Origin: Psilocybe cubensis
Taxonomy: Eukaryota
Assembly (NCBI GenBank): GCA_017499595.2
Contig: CM038998.1
Location: 310,001-374,000, forward strand
Length of the DNA stretch: 64,000 nucleotides
Direction of reading: 5' to 3'
A model generated the notes under the pieces. The model ran no database searches. It had not been told where the DNA came from and worked only from the letters and a program-made list of their open reading frames with translations. A program made the position numbers and the translations under genes. Positions 60,580-64,000 of the stretch are shown one piece after another (position 1 is the stretch's first letter; each line of letters begins with the position of its first letter).

Positions 60580-61569
60580 GGCTGCGTCGTGGGTGTTTTA
60601 TGAGCTGATATTGGATGGAAAAAAGGGAAGGGGGAGGGAGGAGAAGGGTAAGGAGAAAGAAGAAGGTGGTGGGACGATGGAGAGTTGGAAAAGGCAGAAG
60701 GCCTCGAACCGGGGGGATTCAACTCAGATCTGTGCGCTTGCGGGACTTTTTCAGTTGGTCTTGGTTCCTTGTGTTGCACCAGAGTGCGTATATTGCCATG
60801 GGAATTTCTGTGACTGGATGCCTTAAAATTCGTATCGTTTTCATCCAGAAACGGCCGTTTTCGGCCTCCAGGGGTAGATAAAGCGTGCCCCATCAGAACG
60901 AACACTGATGATCAATTATCAATATTAGAAACTCGACGAAGCCAAGCGATTTTCAAAAAGAAGTTCTGTAAGGTCAAAGTAAGAAACGCAGAGTGACGAT
61001 CACTTCTGAAAGATCTTCAGTGCGATACCTAATTGGCTTATAGTGCACCGGTATTTGGAAAGGGGGTGTTGTTAGGTGTACTGAAATTGGGGACAAGAAA
61101 ATATTTATTTCTTTGACACTTTGCCGAAAGGAAACGGGTGCACCGCGAGGGGATAGCTCGGTCGTAGCCGCTCTATTCAATAGACTGCTTATCAGCGAAG
61201 GGCGCTGAGTAGAAACAAATTGAAATACACTTGCTGATAGGTAGAAGTTGATGCTCAGACTCGTGCTGCTACACTCTGAGAGACGCCAGAAATTATACTC
61301 GCCTGCCTGTTTGAATTGTGCACCTTGTAGTCCATGAAGCATTCGGAAGAAAGATTTGACCGTAACAGCCCATAGAAGAACGATTTTGAAGTGTAAAATG
61401 TAGGCAGTTGCGCTGGCATCATTCAATCCATGTGAGGCCTCGTTCGCAGAAGCCAACGGAAAGGGATCGCTGGCAGCGGATATAGAATAGGTCCTATTGA
61501 TTGAATTCCGAGCCGCACAAGTTCCTCAAAGTGTAGGGATCCCTCGTTTCACAGTTTCTGGCAGGCGTC

Positions 61570-62037
61570 TAGGTTTGGGAAGGTGAATGTAAAACGATGA
61601 AGGTATCCAAATCGAATTCAGTATGATTGCATTTCTTTTCAAAAGTCCTTCTGACGCCAGGCAGTCATCACTAGGGTTCATTATTCTGGCAAGACTGACT
61701 AAGTATTTTGTAATGGATGGATCAACTGGCGCACATAAAGGAGGGGGGCATTTGGAAATAGCTTGAGTTCTGTTAAGTCTGTTGAATATTTTATTGAGCA
61801 ACGCTAGACTTCAAGCTGTAAACTTACATATTCTCACTGGATCCTTCGTTTTACATTCAACTTCCCAAACCTAGTAGGTTTGGGAAGTTGAATGTAAAAC
61901 GATGAAGATATCCAAATCGGTTTTAGTATGATTGCATTTCTTGTCAAAAATTCTTCTGATGTCCTGAGGCCAACCAGTCGTCACTAGGGCTCATTGTTGA
62001 AGACTGACCAAGTATTTCTTATAATGAATGGATGAAC
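61570..62037. repeat. Diverged ~160-bp direct duplication (61570-61726 / 61875-62037) with a 28-bp perfect inverted repeat at 61846-61902
   Basis: Both copies start taggtttgggaag[g/t]tgaatgtaaaacgatgaag...tatccaaatcg...agtatgattgcatttctt. The hairpin reads tcgttttacattcaacttcccaaaccta-g-taggtttgggaagttgaatgtaaaacga. Confidence 0.9.
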
Positions 62038-62381
62038 ATACCCATAGAGGAGCATCAAGGCTAAAGTTGTGGCGCCCAAATTTCATTCGAAAGGGGTTCT
62101 AAATGACCCCCCTGAGAAATATTCCAGTCAATGGGAGAGGACTGTGACACTGTGTGTCATAGAATAAAACTCTTTTGACTTGACGAGTGATAGGATTTAA
62201 CCAAAGATATTGTTTGTGTTACCCACTCCTATGACAAAGAATCATATGCTCCGTCATGCCGGTTTAAACATTTGTTCCGTTTATCATCTGACTTTTGTTT
62301 GGCGTCGGTCGTGGGAGCGTAAGTAGACCAGTGACTGGTCATTGAAGAGGGAGCGGATTCCCTTCAAAAAGAACCTATACC

Positions 62382-64000
62382 ATGCTGACATCAAGCAGTC
62401 AATCAAAAACACAAACAACTCTGAGGAATGCCTCTGGTGGCAAGCGAAAAATCGATGATTACTTTCCCAAAAGGCGTTTAGATGCGACACAGTCGCCTTC
62501 ACAAGCCACCGCCGCATCAGTGACTCCAAAGCCAACATCGATCACAGCCGACGATGGAAGCGCCGCCGCCAACCAGCCGGCGGCAAAGCGGGTGAAGCGG
62601 GAGGAGACCGTCGGAGAGAAAAAGACCAAGCTACGGCAGAACTCGCGGGCAAAGTTGCGCATGTTCCCTTTGTTTCCATTCGATGTTATACTCGAGGTGA
62701 GCCTTTCGTTCCACGCGTTTTTAGCGCGTTTTGACGCGACAAAGATCTTCAGCCACCTAGTGCCCCTGGATCTCCTTCATCTGAGCCGGACCACCAAAGA
62801 TCTTCGCGCGATTATTATGCACCGTTCATCTGCAGCGGTGTGGAGGTCTGCAATGGCCAGCGTGCGCGGAATGCCTTTGTGTCCTGAAGATGTGTCGATA
62901 CCCTCTTGGGCCCATTTAGTATTTGACACATATTGCCAGGTGCGGTTTTTCATAAAATACACGAATTATTGCTCATTTGTTTCAAGAATTGCTTGGCTCC
63001 AAATGTCAGATACGTTAATTTCGAGTTACGCGTGCGGATTTGTACAAAATGCTCCAAGTTTATGCAAGTCATTTCTCGCACTCGGGACTTTGAAGCGCTG
63101 ATAATTCCACGGATAGGCTTTTCTCAGCTGGCGAATTGGACCTCGCAAAAGATGAATTCCACAAGATCTTGCACGGGGTGCTTATGTTCAGCACATGGAA
63201 CTCAAGTATGCATAAAACAAGTCAAAAATTTCTGGCTTACAGACCCTCTGTTCTAGGGGAAGATATGACCTGTACGGTCAAGGAAAAGGAAGAGTTTATA
63301 GAAAAGTACAATACCATGCCTCAGCACGAACGTCATCAACTTATTGAAACGAAGAGAGCTGCTAAAAGATGTCACAAAAAGGTACTTCTTGCCAAAAATA
63401 GTCTTCGTCTTTGTCCCCTTTTCATCTCGTTTCTAGCTGGCTTGTCAATGGAACGACTGGTTCGAGGAGCGTACAGAAAGTCGCCTAGCCAAAATTTTCT
63501 CTATACGGCTTTACAGGTCTAATGTGTACGTTTCGAATTCATTTTACCGTCCATTTTCTTGACCATTATCCGTCTAGCATTCGCAAGAAGTTACGGGAGC
63601 TTGGTTACAGCTCTGAACTGTTCTTTCTCGACCAATTGAGCATTGGAATCTGTGCTATCAGACCGTTACCGGATCATGAACCTCTTGATGACCTTCCCGA
63701 CGTCAGAAAACCTCAGCCTTTGACGGAGAAAGGTCTGTTCACGATCTGACCTCTCATCCCTTTTTTCTTACAATCCATATTTACAGGCTGGGAGAGAATC
63801 AAGCCCAGGCTTATCAAACACATGGAAAAAACGAGAGTGCTCGTCAACAGTAACAATCAATTACGGTTGGTCCAGAAACGTGAGGCGCTCCTCCATAACG
63901 CTTATGTCTGTTGGCGCCGTACACCGGACGTTCTGGCAGCGTATCCTCCGGATATGTTTCTGCCTGGCGTCGCTGATATTCTCGCTTCTCCTCCCTTCTG
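62382..64000 (+). CDS. F-box protein (runs off the window end)
   Basis: FPFDVILE|IFSHLVPLDLLHLSRTTKDLRAIIM...VWRSA...PLCPEDVSIPSWAHLVFDTYCQ|NC...RVRICTKC; later VRKPQPLTEK|GWERIKP. Confidence 0.85.

Noticed and set aside
60974-61456. 160-aa minus-strand ORF
   Set aside because: Non-ATG start, no motif and no supporting splice pattern; probably spurious.

Overview
This is intron-rich fungal genomic DNA; the short GT-AG introns and gene families point to an agaricomycete basidiomycete. About 22 genes, one intron-containing tRNA and one complete, very recent Ty3/Gypsy chromovirus can be read. Most gene models were spliced by hand from the ORF fragments. The main finding is a putative amyloid-signalling / regulated cell death locus at about 0.9-15.1 kb. 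Four adjacent co-oriented minus-strand genes (7.8-15.1 kb) carry repeated copies of two short N/G/S-rich motifs. Motif A is approximately F-x-G/N-A/S-x-N-F-x-I-x-G-G-x-F-x-x-I/V-x-G-N/D. Motif B is N-I/V-x-S-x-N-x-x-N-x-x-x-x-N/D-S-x-N-x-x-S. One gene is an MLKL-like helical-bundle protein ending in motif B, one is a domain-less protein carrying both A and B, and two are domain-less proteins carrying two A copies each. Nearby is a fusion of an MLKL-like domain, a kinase and a degenerate Hsp70 NBD, with a possible degenerate motif A after the kinase. No NLR gene is visible in the window. The retrotransposon (29689-35704) has identical 183-bp LTRs, a TCCAA target-site duplication, a self-priming PBS and a -1 frameshift signal. 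It disrupts one of two tandem TauD-like dioxygenase genes. The rest is ordinary: ALDH, MARVEL, malic enzyme, 2OG oxygenase, hydrolase, AhpC-like, EI24-like, WSC, PARP, probable Scc4/MAU2, F-box proteins and histone H3. Family assignments come from motif recognition only; no searches were run.
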